Positions 6,639 to 6,682 of a DNA stretch of 6,682 nt are shown one piece after another (the first letter of the stretch is position 1; each line of letters opens with the position of its first letter). The position numbers were made by a program, and so were the translations under genes. Source of the DNA: a virus. Taxonomy: Duplodnaviria; Heunggongvirae; Uroviricota; Caudoviricetes. The stretch lies in IMG/VR virus record IMGVR_UViG_2778261354_000004. One strand, given 5' to 3'. The notes under the pieces were generated by a model, which saw nothing but the letters and a program-made list of their open reading frames with translations, did no database searches and had not been told where the DNA came from.

Positions 6639-6682
6639 ATGACAGAGACAGAATCAGCGATTCTGGCGCACGCCCGGCGATG
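6639..6682 (+). CDS. K: tail assembly protein K, N-terminal fragment (continues past window end)
   Basis: ATG at 6639 is followed by codons for MTETESAILAHARR, which matches my recollection of the lambda gpK N-terminus (MTQTESAILAHARR...), and K follows L in lambda. Only 14 codons are in the window. Confidence 0.5.
   Translation, partial: MTETESAILAHARR

Overview
This window is a contiguous, single-strand (+) block of tail-morphogenesis genes from a lambda-like siphovirus, most likely an enterobacterial prophage. In order: the 3' end of an upstream gene, an HK97-gp10-like head-tail joining protein, a small tail-terminator-like protein, the major tail protein with a C-terminal Ig-like domain, the G and G-T tail assembly chaperones linked by an A_AAA_AAG -1 recoding site, a 1077-aa tape measure protein, minor tail proteins M and L, and the first codons of K. 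Genes are packed with overlapping stop/start codons. The only intergenic gaps (875-934 and 2328-2367) each hold a GC hairpin followed by a T-run. I see no RNA genes, CRISPR array, transposase or inserted cargo gene, and no sequence evidence for a novel defence or accessory system; the window reads as an ordinary, conserved structural module. Similarity statements are from reading the translations and recalling known phage families; no database search was run.
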